Notes under the pieces: model-generated
What the model was told of the DNA's origin: nothing
The model's database searches: none
Seen by the model: the letters and a program-made list of their open reading frames with translations, nothing else
Position numbers and translations under genes: made by a program
NCBI GenBank assembly: GCA_051294375.1
Contig: CM119268.1
Coordinates: 240,879 to 304,878 of the forward strand
Direction: 5' to 3'
DNA from: Paraspadella gotoi
Taxonomy: Eukaryota; Animalia; Chaetognatha
DNA: 64,000 bases
Shown here: piece by piece, positions 61,317-64,000 of the stretch
Numbering within the stretch: the first letter of the stretch is position 1
Layout of the letters: each line of letters starts with the position of its first letter

Positions 61317-64000
61317 AAACAATACAATATGTTGATAAAAACAAGTAAATTGTTTTTTTTCTCCCTAAATTTCAAAACCGCAATGAAATTGACAGTTTTA
61401 TACACCCAATGTTTTTTAACCACAAAATAAATAAATATTAAATGAAAAAAAAGAATATGCCATGGCTTTTTAATTATTTGTCCATTTGTATCATAAAGTC
61501 ATATAATTTTAAAAGCATAAAAAAAATATATTGCAAAAACAATATGGTATATAACTAAAAAAAGAATTACAACAATTCAATCAGATTATATATTTTTTTA
61601 AAACATCGCTTGGCTGCATATGTAAATGAATTATGCAAATAAAAAGATCATATAGATATTTTGTACTATTAACTATAAGCTAAATTAATCCAGTATCATT
61701 TAAGTCATTGTGAGTTATAAGTATGATAGGCAAAGATGGACCACGAACTGAGAAAGTGTCTGTGTATAGAGTGAGCCGCGGTAACTAAACAGAAGAACGC
61801 GGAAAAAAACGTGAGTGAGAGGACAGTTATCAAATTCAACTGTAAGCTCTTATCACGGAGGATCATTTCCTAATAGGTGCGGGTGTTCCTAATACTCGCG
61901 GAGTTGGGTAACTAGGTCGTCGGAGAATCTATAGGGGCTTGGGCAATATGAGAACGTAGAGAGGTGCAGCAGAGAGACTGAGAGAGAGAGAAGAGAGAGA
62001 GAAGCACGATTAAATGATTAAACTGGATACATTTTTGGACTTACCATCGGACGCTGAGACTGCGATTAAAAGCCGGTCTCTATATAGAGCAGTCTTTGCA
62101 TTAAAACATACCGATGGATTCGTAAAATGATAACCAAATATTTAAATATTTACGTATTTAGAGAGTATATTAGTTGCCTTTTAAAACACGCTCATTTGAA
62201 GGGTTTGACGAGTAGCCAGTGTAACACCGACACCAGACCACAAGAAAAGTGACGGTGAACGGTCAGAAATAACATTTAAATTTTATTGTATATATATATT
62301 ACTCCTAAACACATATATAAGACTAATAAAAAGTAACATTATTGATGTAGGAATTAGAGTATATTAAATTGATCCCAATCAGGTAACTATCTATGTCTAG
62401 TGTGTTTCTTGGATATATTAATTTAGAACGTTCGGCTAGAATTAGTTTCTGGTCTCTGATAGTAAGGACTGTCGGTCACTGACCTATATCCAAAGTTTTC
62501 TGCACTATTTTTTGCATTGGGGGATTTGTGTGTGGAAATATCGTCCGGAATGAAGATATTCAAATAATGTCAATTCGAAGAGAAATGTTGTCCCGTATCT
62601 CACCATGCTCAACGATTCGTTCTTGGGTCTCAGGCGGTTTTTTTTGTTAAACTTGTGGTGGTTAAATTTTCGACATTTTGCTCATTACTTCATAAACAAC
62701 ATTTTTTTTGTTGCAACGTATGTAATCGGAAGTTTATATAAAAGGTTTTTCATTTGCTTCACGCAAATGCAAGTTTTCTAGAGAGAGAGAAGAGCAGAGA
62801 GAGACAGAGAGAGAGAGTAGAGATTATTTTATATATTACTAAAATGAATTGGTACGAAAGAAATATATACAGTCGTGTCCCTATTGGTACTGTCGTAATG
62901 AGACTTATTAACATATTGTGTGGAGGGGAGGGGAATGTGTGTTACCTAAAGTTATATTGCTGAGAATAACAATGCTCAAAGTATATGCTTTCTTATACAT
63001 TTTATAGATTTACTCTATCAAACATTCAATCTATATATTGAGTCCTCATTTCTCACTTTTTTTAATTTTAGATCCTATTTTGTGTTATTTTTCACAAGAT
63101 CATTTTATTAAAAAAAATCTACATAATAAATATATTTTTAAAATAGATATAAACTATTAAATTATTTTCAGAGTTGGTATTAGCTAGAGATAGTGCATTA
63201 AAATAATATAACAAAATAAATCACTATAAAAAAAATCACTATACAAACTTGATATACACACTATGCCCAACTTGTAATTTGATATTCTTAAATTTATTCA
63301 TTTGAAATCTGTGAGCGATATAATTATTTAAGCCTGCAGAACAAAAGGGTTGCTAGCTATTCAATAAACCATAATTTAAATATAACATAAACTTTAAAAT
63401 TATTCAATAATGATCTCACGTGCATTAATAAAAGCTCTGTGGAGCTAAAAAATGAAGGTACCCTTTTTACCAATTGCTTTATGTCATATACTACAGGAAG
63501 TATGAACTTGTTCAATTTGTTTAAAAATTTAAGTATCCTATAAAATGGTACCGTACTTGTGCGCATATCATTGTAATCCGAATTAAATTTTTTTTGATCT
63601 GGTATAGGAGCAGTAAGCTTTCTTAACAGACAGTACCATTGGGACAACTTTTATCTTTAAATTTAAAAACACATTATGGGCAGCTTATTTTAAAAAAAAT
63701 CGATATAAATATGTACAATACAATACAATACCAAAAGGACAATAGAATGTGCGTCGAAAATTATTGAGCGATTGAACATTGTTTTTTGCTGCCTCTGTAT
63801 ATGTAATTAAATATAATTGAGCCTTTCTTAATAAAAATTTTGCATAACATTATCATAAATTGAATTTTCTTTATAATAATGTTTTTATAAAATCATAAAA
63901 TTTAAAAATGATATTTTTCTTTTATTTTAAAAACAGTTTCTGATTGGGAATAAAAAACTAAAAAAACTTTTGTAAAATATATTTTATAATATTTTTATGT

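Larger units (their letters stand above)
57440..64000. repeat. Further tandem copies (~3.7-kb period) of the 49.85-53.4 kb block
   Basis: 57440-59813 and 61190-64000 repeat 50780 onward; 59900-61190 is a noisy copy of 49830-50780. Confidence 0.85.

Overview
AT-rich, repeat-dense eukaryotic DNA, most likely an invertebrate animal, from an error-prone long-read-patched assembly (many indels, nine gaps of exactly 25 N). It is not prokaryotic, and most ORFs in the track are microsatellite artefacts. One host gene is well supported: a spliced TMEM121/CECR6-family membrane protein on the + strand (exons 176-419, ~2390-2679 or its duplicate ~4869-5154, 5808-5939, 6541-6714). A frameshift-ridden, possibly PI3K-like multi-exon gene fragment lies on the - strand at ~15.4-19.9 kb. 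The rest is mobile DNA and duplications. These include a Penelope-like fragment with an N-terminal endonuclease (Naiad-type), tRNA-derived SINEs, several Helentron-associated (HINE/DINE-like) elements, a Ty3/gypsy element (23.3-29.0 kb), a LINE remnant and minisatellites. A segmental duplication (~8.4-42.5 kb vs ~45-57.4 kb) provides filled and empty versions of many insertion sites. The two strongest leads are (i) a 152-bp hammerhead-ribozyme-bearing insertion with an 11-bp target duplication and an empty site in the same window, and (ii) a 4-kb two-LTR element with no recognisable pol whose primer-binding site extends ~46 nt over the 3' half of tRNA-Leu including CCA.
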